Part shown: positions 1 to 10,839 of the stretch, in pieces
Numbering within the stretch: the first letter of the stretch is position 1
How the letters are laid out: each line of letters opens with the position of its first letter
Assembly (NCBI GenBank): GCA_910578855.1
Contig: CAJTRV010000004.1
Coordinates: 5,551-69,550 of the forward strand
DNA length: 64,000 bases
Source of the DNA: an uncultured Bacilli bacterium
GTDB lineage: Bacteria; Bacillota_I; Bacilli_A; RF39; UBA660
Reading direction: 5' to 3'
Made by a program: the position numbers and the translations under genes
The notes under the pieces: generated by a model
What the model saw: only the letters and a program-made list of their open reading frames with translations
What the model was told of the DNA's origin: nothing
Databases searched by the model: none

Positions 1-796
1 TTAAACGATCCCGATATTTAATATGAATTTGTTCTCCAAATTTTTCTTTTAATCCATGAATACATAACTGTTTTAAATAGGTATAACTATCTATGCCATC
101 TGGACATTTATAAATCGGTAATAAATTTCCACCAGTTTCAATGGTTACATTACATAACTGATTGATCTTAAGGTTATTATCCCAATCCTCAGGAAACTGA
201 TCCTTAACTTCATCTGGCAAGCGAAATGGTTTGGGAACATCTTTAATCTTATGATCAGTGATTGTTTTTCCATCACGAATATCAGTTAAAATGGTCAGAT
301 ATTTACTATCATCAGCTTCAAAATAACGAATCTCATCCATATAAACACAATGTTCTCCGCGGTAAGAACGGCGTTCTTCTAGTGAAGTATATCCGTGGAA
401 AACATATTGATATATTTTATTAACCTGATCAATCAGTTCCATACTAGCAAATGGTAAGATAGCCAGTAACCCTTTACTATGTGTTTCTAAATCACATAAA
501 GTAAGAGCCCGTTCACTCATAAGGGTCGCCAATTTCATTAAATTATGATACCCATCACTATCCATACAATATAAAATAATATGTTTTTGATTAAAAGTAA
601 TATCTAACCCAATGATTGGTTTGATATCATGTTTCCGACAAGCTTCATAAAATTCCATGACACCAAACATATTATTATCGGTAATTGTGAGGGTGTCTAA
701 TTGATTAGCCTCGGCAAATTTAATCAATTGAGGAATCTTGATTAAACTATAAAGTAAAGAATATTCTGTTTTTAAATTTAGTGGTACGTATTTCAT
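1..796 (-). CDS. dnaE: DNA polymerase III alpha subunit DnaE, N-terminal PHP-domain portion. The gene runs off the window start, so the 3' part lies outside.
   Basis: Reverse-strand ORF starting at ATG 796, about 10 nt downstream of an AGGAGG RBS, and not closed before position 1. Translation MKYVPLNLKTEYSLL...IKPIIGLDI matches the DnaE PHP-domain N-terminus, with the usual metal-binding His residues replaced. Confidence 0.7.
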   Translation of the reverse strand, partial: MKYVPLNLKTEYSLLYSLIKIPQLIKFAEANQLDTLTITDNNMFGVMEFYEACRKHDIKPIIGLDITFNQKHIILYCMDSDGYHNLMKLATLMSERALTLCDLETHSKGLLAILPFASMELIDQVNKIYQYVFHGYTSLEERRSYRGEHCVYMDEIRYFEADDSKYLTILTDIRDGKTITDHKIKDVPKPFRLPDEVKDQFPEDWDNNLKINQLCNVTIETGGNLLPIYKCPDGIDSYTYLKQLCIHGLKEKFGEQIHIKYRDRL

Positions 797-840
797 AGAA
801 TCCTCCTCTACCTTATTATAACATGTATCATATTATTTTT

Positions 841-875
841 GACAATTTCCTTATGATTGTGTTAGAATAACCATA
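841..875 (+). promoter_or_regulatory. Putative sigma-A type promoter for the 892 gene (TTGACA, 17-nt spacer, TGnTAGAAT), in the region divergent from dnaE.
   Basis: ttgacaatttccttatgattgtgttagaat is followed by GAGGAG and the ATG at 892. Confidence 0.3.
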
Positions 876-891
876 AGAGTGAGGAGTATAT

Positions 892-1794
892 ATGAACGCA
901 ATTTTTTTTACAAATAGACAATTGAAAAAACTACAGAACTGTAGTTTGCAAAAAAGTATTGATCATACCGAATCAAAACTATATATTGTTGAAAATAATG
1001 GAAAATGGCAGCATAAAAAAATGATATTAAAATATTTTTATAATAATAGTGGCGAATACTTTAAAAACAAATTATTTACCATTAATAATCTTATTGATAG
1101 TACTAGTACTATCAATATCAGGGCCCTGATATTGCCCCAAAAATTAGCAATTGCTGGAGGGCAAATAATCGGATATATAATGCCATTTATTGAAAATACT
1201 AATTTATTAACTTTATTACAAGATTTCAAACTCAATACAGAAAAGAAAAAAGAGTATTTAACACAAGTTGGCCAAATTATTTCTCAAGTCCATGACCTAA
1301 ATAAATTTCAAAGCGAGTTATTTATTGGTGACATTCACGAAGCCAACTTCATTGTTGGAAAAGAAGATGATCAAGTATATGTAGTTGATAGTGATAGTTT
1401 TAAAACCAAAAATAATCTTCCTTTTGCTGCCAAATATTTAGCAACCAATCCTAATATATTAAATATGACACATAAATATCCCATCAATACCGAAGGGATT
1501 CATATTCCAAATGAAAATAGTGATCTTCTTTGTTATGTTTTTATCATATTAAACACAATTGCTCGAAAAGAAATGCAGAAAGTTTCTATTGATGAATATT
1601 ATAATTACCTTGATTATTTATTATCACTTGGATTTGGAGACGATTTTATTAAAACATGTGGCAAAATTTATACCAATGCCAAAAATACCTCTCCATTGCC
1701 ATATTTAGAACAAATTCCTAATAATATTTATCAAGCTACCTATCAAGTATTTAAACAGCGTCAATATATAAGTAATAATAACCGAACAAAATAA
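892..1794 (+). CDS. Hypothetical protein, possibly with a protein-kinase-like / phosphotransferase fold.
   Basis: 300-aa ORF with an RBS. The motifs GDIHEANFIV and VYVVDSDSF resemble the kinase catalytic loop and a DFG-like element. No confident family assignment. Confidence 0.45.
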   Translation: MNAIFFTNRQLKKLQNCSLQKSIDHTESKLYIVENNGKWQHKKMILKYFYNNSGEYFKNKLFTINNLIDSTSTINIRALILPQKLAIAGGQIIGYIMPFIENTNLLTLLQDFKLNTEKKKEYLTQVGQIISQVHDLNKFQSELFIGDIHEANFIVGKEDDQVYVVDSDSFKTKNNLPFAAKYLATNPNILNMTHKYPINTEGIHIPNENSDLLCYVFIILNTIARKEMQKVSIDEYYNYLDYLLSLGFGDDFIKTCGKIYTNAKNTSPLPYLEQIPNNIYQATYQVFKQRQYISNNNRTK

Positions 1795-1841
1795 ACATTT
1801 TTCATATAAAAATTGTTGATTACTCAACAATTTTTTGTTCT

Positions 1842-2615
1842 TTATTTAGCTATCATTTTATCGACAATTATCTTAATATCCCGTTCATTAAACGGCTTTT
1901 GTAAGACATCGATAATCGGATATTGAAATGCCTTCTTTACTTCATCATCATTGCCAATTCCAGTAATAATTGAAACCGGAATTTTCGTAAACAATTGTTG
2001 CCTCTGAAAATAATCTAATACCGTAAACCCATCGACATGGGGCATATTTAAGTCTAGTAACATTCCAACAATATCATATTGATTGGATTCAACAATAATT
2101 CGTAATGCTTCTTCCCCATCACTAGCCGTTACAACTTGATATTGATCCATAAATAGCTTCTGAATAAACTTTTGGATAATATCAGAATCATCGACCACCA
2201 AAATAGTTTTATCAGTTGCGACGGTAACTTTCTCATGATCAATTGCAACCTCTCGCTGTTTTCCTAAATACGTTAATCCAATTTGAATCATCTGTTTAAA
2301 TTCCTTGATTAACTCATCATAGTGTTCATACACATAATAAATATCATTTGCACGACTCTTTTCTTCGTGTTGATAACACATATCCCCTAGTACATCAAAC
2401 CCAAAATACCGAGCATCACTTTTTAAGGCATGAACTAAAATAGAGTAATTTCCCATATCAGCGATCTCTTTAAACGCTTTTAATTGTTGAAGACGCTCCT
2501 CAATATCTTGAAGAAAATCCGCCAATGTCTCATCATATGTCTCCATATCTCCAAATAATTCCAAACTCTTTTGAACATTTACTCCATGTTGAAGCAATAA
2601 ATTTACATCTTTCAT
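1842..2615 (-). CDS. Hpt domain plus receiver (REC) domain phosphotransfer protein.
   Basis: HALKSDARYFG (an Hpt HxxKG-type motif) lies in the N-terminal half. The C-terminal half has a CheY-like signature: ILVVDDS...DLNMPHVDG...K. Confidence 0.65.
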   Translation of the reverse strand: MKDVNLLLQHGVNVQKSLELFGDMETYDETLADFLQDIEERLQQLKAFKEIADMGNYSILVHALKSDARYFGFDVLGDMCYQHEEKSRANDIYYVYEHYDELIKEFKQMIQIGLTYLGKQREVAIDHEKVTVATDKTILVVDDSDIIQKFIQKLFMDQYQVVTASDGEEALRIIVESNQYDIVGMLLDLNMPHVDGFTVLDYFQRQQLFTKIPVSIITGIGNDDEVKKAFQYPIIDVLQKPFNERDIKIIVDKMIAK

Positions 2616-2643
2616 ATCAATTCTCCTATTTTCTAATCTTTTC

Positions 2644-4485
2644 CTATAAAAATTTCCGCAATACTCTATCTAATTCAGCTCGATCAATTGGTTTTGAAAG
2701 ATAATCATCAAACCCATCTTGCAAATACTTCTCCTTCATTCCGGTAATCGCATTGGCAGTTAAAACAACCGTTGGAATCATAAAACCAGGTATTTTCTTT
2801 AATGATTTTAATGTTTCAACACCACTCATTCCTGGCATCATATCATCTAATAATATCAAATCATACTGTTCACCATTATTAATACGTGTAAGACATTCTG
2901 CTCCTGATGATAAACAAACAGTCTCAACCTCATAATTTAATAATAAGCGCGCAGCTACTTTTAAATTAATACGATTATCATCCACCAATAATACCTTCTT
3001 ACCCTTAGCAACAAACGGTTTTTGGTCCGCGCTTATTAATTTTTCTTGAGCAACTTTTCGCTCCTCTGTAATCGGGATAATTTTCTGATCGATTGCCACC
3101 GTAAAACAAGATCCCTCTCCATAGGTACTCTGAACGACAATTCGGCCATGCATTAATTCAACCAATTTTTTGGTAATTGCTAGCCCAAGTCCCGTTCCTT
3201 CAATGGTTACATTTTTCTCAACATCAAAACGCTCAAACTTGGTAAATAACTTCTGAATATTCTCTGGCTTAATTCCGATTCCAGTATCTTTTACTGATAT
3301 AATTAAGCGACAGATATCATCTTGAATCACCGAACTCATCTGCAACTCGATGGATCCATCTTTCGTATATTTAACCGAATTGGTCAGTAGATTAACCATA
3401 ATCTGCTTTAAGCGCATACTGTCACCATATAATATGGGCGGCATATCGGCAGCCAAATGAAAGTGGAACGCCAAAAACTTATTTCCAATCCGGACTTTCG
3501 TTAACGAGACAACTTCATCAAAGATTTGCCGCGGATGATATTCCGTATTTACAATCTCTAATTTACCAGCTTCAATCTTAGAAATATCCAAAATACCGTT
3601 GACAATTTCTAACAGATTATTAGAGGCGATCAAGATATCTTGAATTTCATCTTGAGTATGTTCAGGTAAATTCTCTTCTAGTAAGACTTGACTGAATCCG
3701 ACAATCGAATTTAATGGTGTTCGAATCTCATGTGACATATTAGATAAAAACTCTGATTTTGCTTCGTTAGCGCGGACCGCCTGTTCCCGCGCTAGTTTCA
3801 GTTCATGAATTAATTTCAAATCAGGATTCTCAATAGTAAAATACATTAAGAATGTTACAAATGTCTCCATCGATGTAATAAGTAATAAACTAGGATTATA
3901 TTTTTGTAATAGCATAATTACCGTTCCAAACGTTAATAGAAAAAATAATGGTAAATATTTCTTGGAACGAATATTTTTTAAATTCGCAATTAAACTAACA
4001 ATACTGATTATAATACAAATGATCGACACCAAATAAACCAAATCAATACTAGGACCATAAGAATATATCTGTCCAGCAGTATTAACAAATGATATTGGTA
4101 AAAAAATTAATAATACAATAATAATCCAATAACTTATAGTAACAAAATTCATTACTTTCCTAATATTTGTACTAATATCATAGTGAATTTTATCTTCTTT
4201 ACTAAAGGAAATAATAAAAATATAAACAGTAAAAATTAAAATCCATGTTAATAAATAAACCAAATATAATTTTGAAATAACTAAATTATAAAGGGGATAA
4301 GAATTCATATTTAACACAGAATAATAATTTAATAATTCGATCATTAAACCGAGAAAATTAACGACAATCAAAATAGAAAAAATTTTATTTTCAACACTTT
4401 TCACTTTATCTTTTCTAAAAAAAACCGTCATTAATGAAATACTATAAAATAAACTTCCGACGATTAAGATAACACTTCCTATCAT
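2644..4485 (-). CDS. Hybrid sensor histidine kinase with a multi-TM N-terminus, HisKA, HATPase_c and a C-terminal REC domain.
   Basis: About 6 predicted TM helices. H-box [15 protein letters not shown]-box DTGIGI...GTGLGLAI. C-terminal [15 protein letters not shown]...[14 protein letters not shown]. Confidence 0.8.
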   Translation of the reverse strand: MIGSVILIVGSLFYSISLMTVFFRKDKVKSVENKIFSILIVVNFLGLMIELLNYYSVLNMNSYPLYNLVISKLYLVYLLTWILIFTVYIFIISFSKEDKIHYDISTNIRKVMNFVTISYWIIIVLLIFLPISFVNTAGQIYSYGPSIDLVYLVSIICIIISIVSLIANLKNIRSKKYLPLFFLLTFGTVIMLLQKYNPSLLLITSMETFVTFLMYFTIENPDLKLIHELKLAREQAVRANEAKSEFLSNMSHEIRTPLNSIVGFSQVLLEENLPEHTQDEIQDILIASNNLLEIVNGILDISKIEAGKLEIVNTEYHPRQIFDEVVSLTKVRIGNKFLAFHFHLAADMPPILYGDSMRLKQIMVNLLTNSVKYTKDGSIELQMSSVIQDDICRLIISVKDTGIGIKPENIQKLFTKFERFDVEKNVTIEGTGLGLAITKKLVELMHGRIVVQSTYGEGSCFTVAIDQKIIPITEERKVAQEKLISADQKPFVAKGKKVLLVDDNRINLKVAARLLLNYEVETVCLSSGAECLTRINNGEQYDLILLDDMMPGMSGVETLKSLKKIPGFMIPTVVLTANAITGMKEKYLQDGFDDYLSKPIDRAELDRVLRKFL

Positions 4486-4603
4486 GAAACATCATCCTTT
4501 ACTATCTGTCAATATTATAGCATAGAAAAAGAGAAAAAGTAAACACACTTTTCCCTTTCACTATTTAGTAAAAAATACTAATTGTTAACATCCATTTATT
4601 TCT

Positions 4604-6496
4604 TTAGCGTTTATAACAATACACCTTTGAATTTTCCTTTTTATATTGATTAGCCGTTAATAACTGGCCTGTCTCTATACTAGGTTTCACCATAAAATCA
4701 CCATCATACCCTTCAGCCTTTAACAAGGGTTGACTACGCTTTCCGCAACCGCTTAACGGAAATGACTCTTTCATACCACGAATTCGATAATACAAACAAT
4801 TTAACACTTCATCAGAAAAAACATTCTTACATCTTTTTTCAGCTCCCATTAAAACATTCGTGACATTAATCTTTACTCCTGGTTGAAACTCAATATGCAC
4901 AACAATCTTATCATCATTTTTATCATCTTTTACCATGACTAACTCGCATGACAAAATATGTTTGGTATCTTTTAATATCTCATCGCTTATTAAAAATAAG
5001 GGAATTTTTTCGCCATTACTACTAATAAATTCATTTCCTATTCTTCCTTTGATATGAATAGATCCAAATTGATCAATATATCCATAAACTTGACAATCTC
5101 CCCATCTTTTTCCTGTATTATCATAAATAAAAAATTGCCTCGTCGCTTCCGGATTATTTTTATATCCTTTCATTGTACAATTAGAATTGGCAACTAATCT
5201 CCCTAGTTCATTGACTCCACATCGCTTCCCGTTCTGATCCAAGATAGCATACTCAGCCAAAGCAAATGGTTTTAAACCAAATGATTTTTTCCGTAGCCAA
5301 CATGATAATCGCTTTTCTTGTAATGCCTTATAGAGAGTAAAAAATAATCCACCGTGTTCACAATCTCCCCCACCAATCGAAAGGCAAACTGGCGTATAAG
5401 GTAAATGAAACAGATCCTTTCCCGCTTTAGTAGTTTTCAAAGCTTTATTAATAAACTTTTCTTCATTAGGTGCGACCGGCTCACCTACCGCAGTTGGTAT
5501 TATCAAGAATGGCAATTGTAAATTTCGGTATGACTCATCAAATCTAATTTTCTTCGCCGCATTTAACCAAAAACTTGTAGTAGCTGGAACAAAATTAGGT
5601 TTGTTAATCATCAAACTAGTCAAAAAGAAATTTTGATCATAGATTGGCTCTAAGGCAACCGTCCCATGCTGCGATAATACATCAGAAATACTCGTAATTA
5701 AATCCGTATTCGAATGAGCTGGAATATGCGCTAATCCTCTAATATTTTTCATTGCTGGTAATCCTGAAACATCAGAATCATGAATCCGCGCCATGGTAAC
5801 AAAACTTCTAATTCGATGAACAATTGCCTTGGGTCTTGTTGAATGGGTAGAACCACTACTATATGTAATGGTGAATTCATCATCTAAATTGGTATTGGCA
5901 GGAACAATATCCTCCATATCATCACCAAAAGCTGCAAACTCTTTCACATCGATGATTTTATCATTTTCACATTGAAATTCTGGAATTTTATTCCTAAATT
6001 CGCAAAAAATCTTATCTACCTCATCATAAGGATCTATCCCGTCCTTCAATGAACTAGTCAACGAAACCAAAACAATCTTTTCAATGCTACTTTCTAAAGT
6101 TATATTCTTAATATCTTCATATTGACAGTCAGTCGCAAAGAATACTTTTGAACTACAATCATCGATAATCTTTTTTATATAATCCTGATCAAACTGACTT
6201 CCAAAAAGATTAATTTTAGCTCCAAGCATACTAATAGCCAATAAAAGATAAATAAGTTCTGGTGTATTAGATAAGCATGCTGATACTTCATCACCTTGTT
6301 TTATTCCTAGTTTTCGTAATGACTTTGCATACCTATTTGCTTCTTTCAACATCTCTTGATAAGAGATGTTGGTACCGCGGTACCATAGGGATGGCGCATC
6401 TAAATTATCTTTGTTTCGCTCATAAATGTCTTGAAACCACGACTCGTTATGTTGTTCTATTTCACTTAGTACTTCTTTGATATCAGATTCTTTCAT
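4604..6496 (-). CDS. Adenylate-forming enzyme of the AMP-binding / acyl-CoA synthetase-like superfamily.
   Basis: 630 aa. Degenerate A3 motif TYSSGSTHSTRPKA. C-terminal region ...GYKNNPEATRQFF...GDCQVYGYIDQFGSIHIKGR is typical of ANL enzymes. Confidence 0.55.
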   Translation of the reverse strand: MKESDIKEVLSEIEQHNESWFQDIYERNKDNLDAPSLWYRGTNISYQEMLKEANRYAKSLRKLGIKQGDEVSACLSNTPELIYLLLAISMLGAKINLFGSQFDQDYIKKIIDDCSSKVFFATDCQYEDIKNITLESSIEKIVLVSLTSSLKDGIDPYDEVDKIFCEFRNKIPEFQCENDKIIDVKEFAAFGDDMEDIVPANTNLDDEFTITYSSGSTHSTRPKAIVHRIRSFVTMARIHDSDVSGLPAMKNIRGLAHIPAHSNTDLITSISDVLSQHGTVALEPIYDQNFFLTSLMINKPNFVPATTSFWLNAAKKIRFDESYRNLQLPFLIIPTAVGEPVAPNEEKFINKALKTTKAGKDLFHLPYTPVCLSIGGGDCEHGGLFFTLYKALQEKRLSCWLRKKSFGLKPFALAEYAILDQNGKRCGVNELGRLVANSNCTMKGYKNNPEATRQFFIYDNTGKRWGDCQVYGYIDQFGSIHIKGRIGNEFISSNGEKIPLFLISDEILKDTKHILSCELVMVKDDKNDDKIVVHIEFQPGVKINVTNVLMGAEKRCKNVFSDEVLNCLYYRIRGMKESFPLSGCGKRSQPLLKAEGYDGDFMVKPSIETGQLLTANQYKKENSKVYCYKR

Positions 6497-6580
6497 AATA
6501 CCTCCATCAAACTTTACTACTCACTCTTATCATAACACAGTTAAATGAAATATAGAACTACTTTAATCATAAATATCTTC

Positions 6581-7672
6581 TTATTTTTGATAACGACTAA
6601 TATTTAAAATAATTCCAATACTAGACATCGTAATAAGCAAGCTAGAGCCTCCATAACTTAGAAATGGAAGTGTAACCCCAGTTACGGGAATTAAGCCAGT
6701 TACAACCATTAAATTTAAAATCGCTTGGAAGCCAATTTGAAAGGCAATCCCAAATGTCAAATACTTCGCAAACATATCTTGACTCTTTCTAGCAATCTTA
6801 AACGCACGCGTAAGAATAATAAGAAACAAACCAACGACAATAATGACCCCTAGAAAACCAAACTCTTCACTGATAATGGAGAATATAAAATCAGTCTGTG
6901 GTTCTGGTAGATAGAAATGCTTTTGTCGCGAATTTAAAAAGCCATAGCCAAATAATCCTCCAGGACCAATCGCATATAACGATTGAATGATCTGGAAGCC
7001 ACTACCAAGTGGATCCTTCCATGGATTTAAAAAGGATAATATCCGTTCTAACCGATAGGGAGCTACAGCAATCAAGCCAACAATCCCGGCCATTCCAAGC
7101 ATTCCCATGCGTAAGAAAAATTTGAAAGGAACACCGCCAACAAAGATAAGCCCCATAATACTCATCACGATAATCATTCCGGTTCCAAAGTCAGGTTGTA
7201 ACATAATAATTCCAAAGACAAGTAAGGTAAGGCTTAGAATCGGTAAAACCCCTTTTTTGATATCAGTCATCTGCTTTTCATTCTTAACCAGATACTTCGC
7301 TGTAAAAATGATAAGTGCCAATTTCATGAACTCACTTGGTTGAATCCCAAATGAGCCAATTCCAAACCAGCTACGACTTCCATTCCGAACCGTTCCAATC
7401 CCAGGAATTAAGACCAACACCAATAAAATAAAACAGGTAATAACCAAAGGTGTAGCCTTCTCATAATAAAGTCGATAATCAATTTTACTAATAACATACA
7501 TAAAAACTAGTCCCAAGAGAAAGAAGACACCTTGATTAATGACAAATTTAAATGGATTATGAAACTTATATTCAGCCCATACATAAGAAGCGGAATAAAT
7601 CATGATAATTCCAAAGATGGAAATCAAGATCACACTAATCAGAAGTCCATAATCAATATTCCCTTTTTTCAT
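6581..7672 (-). CDS. ftsW: FtsW/RodA/SpoVE family peptidoglycan glycosyltransferase (cell-division / SEDS protein).
   Basis: 363 aa with about 10 TM helices and SEDS-family conservation. Located in the dcw cluster downstream of mraY. Confidence 0.8.
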   Translation of the reverse strand: MKKGNIDYGLLISVILISIFGIIMIYSASYVWAEYKFHNPFKFVINQGVFFLLGLVFMYVISKIDYRLYYEKATPLVITCFILLVLVLIPGIGTVRNGSRSWFGIGSFGIQPSEFMKLALIIFTAKYLVKNEKQMTDIKKGVLPILSLTLLVFGIIMLQPDFGTGMIIVMSIMGLIFVGGVPFKFFLRMGMLGMAGIVGLIAVAPYRLERILSFLNPWKDPLGSGFQIIQSLYAIGPGGLFGYGFLNSRQKHFYLPEPQTDFIFSIISEEFGFLGVIIVVGLFLIILTRAFKIARKSQDMFAKYLTFGIAFQIGFQAILNLMVVTGLIPVTGVTLPFLSYGGSSLLITMSSIGIILNISRYQK

Positions 7673-7684
7673 TCTATCACCCTT

Positions 7685-8677
7685 TTAAAACCATACTCCA
7701 AATGCCAGCGCAACCATTGCCCCCAATAGTCCGATAATCCAAAATAACTTCACAATATCATTTTCCTTCCAGCCCCATTTTTCAAAAGTATGATGAATCG
7801 GTGCCATAGGAAAAAGGCGTTTTTTCGTTAGTTTATAATAATAACGTTGTAAAATACAACTCATCGTTTCTAGAACAAAGACAATCCCGATGATCACTAG
7901 TAGCAATTCATGACGCGTCAAAATGGCTAGTGTTCCTAATGTTGCCCCAAGAGCGAGCGAACCGGTATCACCCATAAATATTTTAGCTGGTTTGGTATTA
8001 AACACAAGAAACCCTAGTAGTGATCCAATCAGAATAAAACAAAATAAGCCAAGATCCGTATACCCCTCTAACCAACCAGTATTATAACTAATTAAACCAA
8101 AAGCAAGAAAAGCAATAACGGAAAGACCGCCAGCAAGACCATCTAAGCCATCGGTTAAGTTAACCGCATTACTACTGGCAAGGAGCAAAAAGAGAATAAA
8201 TAAACCATAGAAGAACCCGATGTTACAGCGAATATTAAATGTATGAATCCAGATTAGTGGCTCGTTCCCAGCTTTCATAAATAAATAGAAAAAGACAATC
8301 GCAATGATCAATTGTAATAATAATTTTTGTCCCTCCGATAATCCTTTATTATTATGTCTTAACACAATTAGATAGTCATCGATAAACCCAATCATTGCAT
8401 AACCAATAAACGATAATAAAACGATTGCTAGCGTATAAGTCATCACCATCTTGCCTGTAAGAATTAAGATCGTCACCGTAAATAACGTTGGAAGTAGGAA
8501 AATAAGTCCGCCCATCGTCGGTGTATGCGACTTACTCTGGTGGGCCTCCCGAAGATAAATACTGAGATTTTGATCAACCTTAAATTTCTTTAAAATAGGA
8601 ATGAGAATCGCAGCGGTAATCACCGATAAAATAAATCCGATCATCATTGCTAGTACTGATTTTGTCATTAGTAACAT
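7685..8677 (-). CDS. mraY: Phospho-N-acetylmuramoyl-pentapeptide transferase MraY.
   Basis: PTMGGLIFL and NAVNLTDGLDGLA motifs. Multi-TM protein in dcw context. Confidence 0.88.
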   Translation of the reverse strand: MLLMTKSVLAMMIGFILSVITAAILIPILKKFKVDQNLSIYLREAHQSKSHTPTMGGLIFLLPTLFTVTILILTGKMVMTYTLAIVLLSFIGYAMIGFIDDYLIVLRHNNKGLSEGQKLLLQLIIAIVFFYLFMKAGNEPLIWIHTFNIRCNIGFFYGLFILFLLLASSNAVNLTDGLDGLAGGLSVIAFLAFGLISYNTGWLEGYTDLGLFCFILIGSLLGFLVFNTKPAKIFMGDTGSLALGATLGTLAILTRHELLLVIIGIVFVLETMSCILQRYYYKLTKKRLFPMAPIHHTFEKWGWKENDIVKLFWIIGLLGAMVALAFGVWF

Positions 8678-8687
8678 ACCATTCCTC

Positions 8688-10604
8688 CTACTGTTTTAAT
8701 AACAATCTTACTACGTCACCCTCGTAAATTTTCTCGCCTGCTTTAGGTGATTGATAGGCGATTGTCTCCCCAGTTCCAGAAAATTCTACCTTGAAGCTGG
8801 TAAGCTCCTTCATCGCCTCACTGGTACTCTTGCCAACAACATTTGGAACCTTGGCATATTTCTTATCCCCATAGTTATAGCGTTTCTCGCTACTTCCTTT
8901 TCGTTTGGGAATATTAAGAGCAGTAATCGAATCTTGTAAAATAGTCTTAGCAATCGGTGCCGCAACAGTTCCACCATACTGGGTAATGCCCTTGGCATTG
9001 TCAATTGCTACATAGACAACAACCTGAGGATCATCAGCTGGTAAAAAACCAATAAACGAGGTAATATAGTTTCCTACCATATAACGACCATCCTTTACCT
9101 TTTGCGCTGTCCCAGTCTTTCCACCAACCCGGTACCCATCAATAAAGGCTGGGCGTCCTGTTCCATTGGTTACAACACTTTCTAGCGTCATTCGTACTTG
9201 CTCAGATGTTTTCGAACTGATGACTTTGCGGACCACTTTCTTCTTCGTCTCTTTAATTACACCATTGGTTTCCGGTTCATTTAAACTCTTAACAATATAG
9301 GGTTGATATAAGTATCCCCCATTGATGGCTGCACTAACTGCTGTAATCTGTTGAATTGGTGTAACTGATACCCCTTGCCCAAATGACGTCGTTGCAAGTT
9401 CAACAGGCCCTACTTTATCGAGTGGAAACAAGATACCAGATCCTTCTCCATTTAAATCAATTCCGGTTTTCGTTCCAAAACCAAAATTATGAATGTACTG
9501 GAACAATTTTTCCTTACCGATTCGCTGCCCCAGTACAACGAATCCTGGGTTGCATGAATTTTCAACAACCTGTAAAAAAGTTTGTTCCCCATGACCTCCA
9601 TGCTTCCAACACTTAATCTTGGCATTCTCAACCCGAATTGATCCCCCATCGGTAAACTTATCTTTATTAAGATCAACAAGCTTCTCTTCTAAAGCCGTTG
9701 CAAGGGTAATAATTTTAAATGTCGATCCTGGCTCATAGGTCATCCAAATTGGTAAATTTCGATTGATTTCCTCGATGGTATAATCTTGATAATTACTTGG
9801 TGAAAAATTAGGACGCGAAGACATTGCTAATATCTCCCCACTCTTAGGATCCATCACAATTCCAAGAGCTTGATCAGGATTATACTTTAACATCGCATTA
9901 TCTAGTTCCCGTTCTAGTGAGGATTGAATATCATAATTAATTGTTAACGTCATATTCATTCCATCCTGTGGTTTTTCATAGACCTCATTTAATTCTAACT
10001 TGTTTCCCTTGGCATCACTAAAATATTTAATTGCTCCATATTCTCCCGTTAAATACTGATCATACATGAGTTCCAATCCTGATAATCCTTGGTTATCAAT
10101 TCCAACAAATCCAATCGTATGTGATAAATACCGATCGTTAGGATAATTGCGTTTTGACTCTTTTACGAGATAAACCCCTGGTAATTCTAAAGCAGCAATT
10201 TTATCGGCAACATCATATGACAAACGGCGTCCTTCAGGGTGAACCCGTTCAATCGACTCCTTCTTGGTAACATGCTGATAAATAGTCTGATATGAAACAC
10301 CTAAAATCGCACTGATCTCTTTGGCTGTCTTTTCCTTATCTTTAATTTGATTGGGAATAAAGACCAATGACGATGTTGTTAGATTATCAGCGAGAACAAC
10401 CCCATTACGGTCATAGATATTACCACGACTCGCCTCGATAGGAAGATTACGACTCCATAAACCAGCTGCATATTGATTAAGACGTTTATAATCGATTACT
10501 TGAATATAAAAGACTTTCCCAATGATCATCAAAAATAATAGAAGCATGATCAATAAAACAATCCGAATACGATAGTGAATATTTTTAAAGAACATGGTAA
10601 TCAC
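8688..10604 (-). CDS. Class B penicillin-binding protein (SpoVD/FtsI-like transpeptidase) with a C-terminal PASTA domain.
   Basis: SXXK (GSTFK), SXN and KTGT motifs. Dimerisation domain present. PASTA-like C-terminus. Confidence 0.85.
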   Translation of the reverse strand: MITMFFKNIHYRIRIVLLIMLLLFLMIIGKVFYIQVIDYKRLNQYAAGLWSRNLPIEASRGNIYDRNGVVLADNLTTSSLVFIPNQIKDKEKTAKEISAILGVSYQTIYQHVTKKESIERVHPEGRRLSYDVADKIAALELPGVYLVKESKRNYPNDRYLSHTIGFVGIDNQGLSGLELMYDQYLTGEYGAIKYFSDAKGNKLELNEVYEKPQDGMNMTLTINYDIQSSLERELDNAMLKYNPDQALGIVMDPKSGEILAMSSRPNFSPSNYQDYTIEEINRNLPIWMTYEPGSTFKIITLATALEEKLVDLNKDKFTDGGSIRVENAKIKCWKHGGHGEQTFLQVVENSCNPGFVVLGQRIGKEKLFQYIHNFGFGTKTGIDLNGEGSGILFPLDKVGPVELATTSFGQGVSVTPIQQITAVSAAINGGYLYQPYIVKSLNEPETNGVIKETKKKVVRKVISSKTSEQVRMTLESVVTNGTGRPAFIDGYRVGGKTGTAQKVKDGRYMVGNYITSFIGFLPADDPQVVVYVAIDNAKGITQYGGTVAAPIAKTILQDSITALNIPKRKGSSEKRYNYGDKKYAKVPNVVGKSTSEAMKELTSFKVEFSGTGETIAYQSPKAGEKIYEGDVVRLLLKQ

Positions 10605-10630
10605 CTCTAATAATGTATATGTACAAGCAC

Positions 10631-10660
10631 AAAAAAAAGAACAACATCACGATTGTTCTT
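10631..10660 (-). terminator. Rho-independent terminator downstream of the deacetylase gene (hairpin AAGAACAA-N8-TTGTTCTT plus a T8 tract on the minus strand).
   Basis: Inverted repeat at 10639-10660 followed on the minus strand by TTTTTTTT (10631-10638). Confidence 0.6.
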
Positions 10661-10839
10661 AGCGTTCTTTATGTGCATAAATATAAAGTGAGATAGGGTA
10701 ACCAATCTAATGATCATTGCGGTCATCAACCAGTAACAAAGTCCCTGGATGCGCAAAAAATATTTCAAATAATACTACACCAATGGGAAGATTATGCTTC
10801 CAGATTTTCCAAAAAGTTCTCCAGTAAGACAACTAAATC

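Noticed and set aside
8751-9679. Short ORFs nested in or antisense to the 638-aa PBP gene (8751..8939, 8810..9004, 9383..9616, 9452..9679).
   Set aside because: They overlap a gene with strong PBP motifs on the other frame or strand. There is no independent evidence for them.
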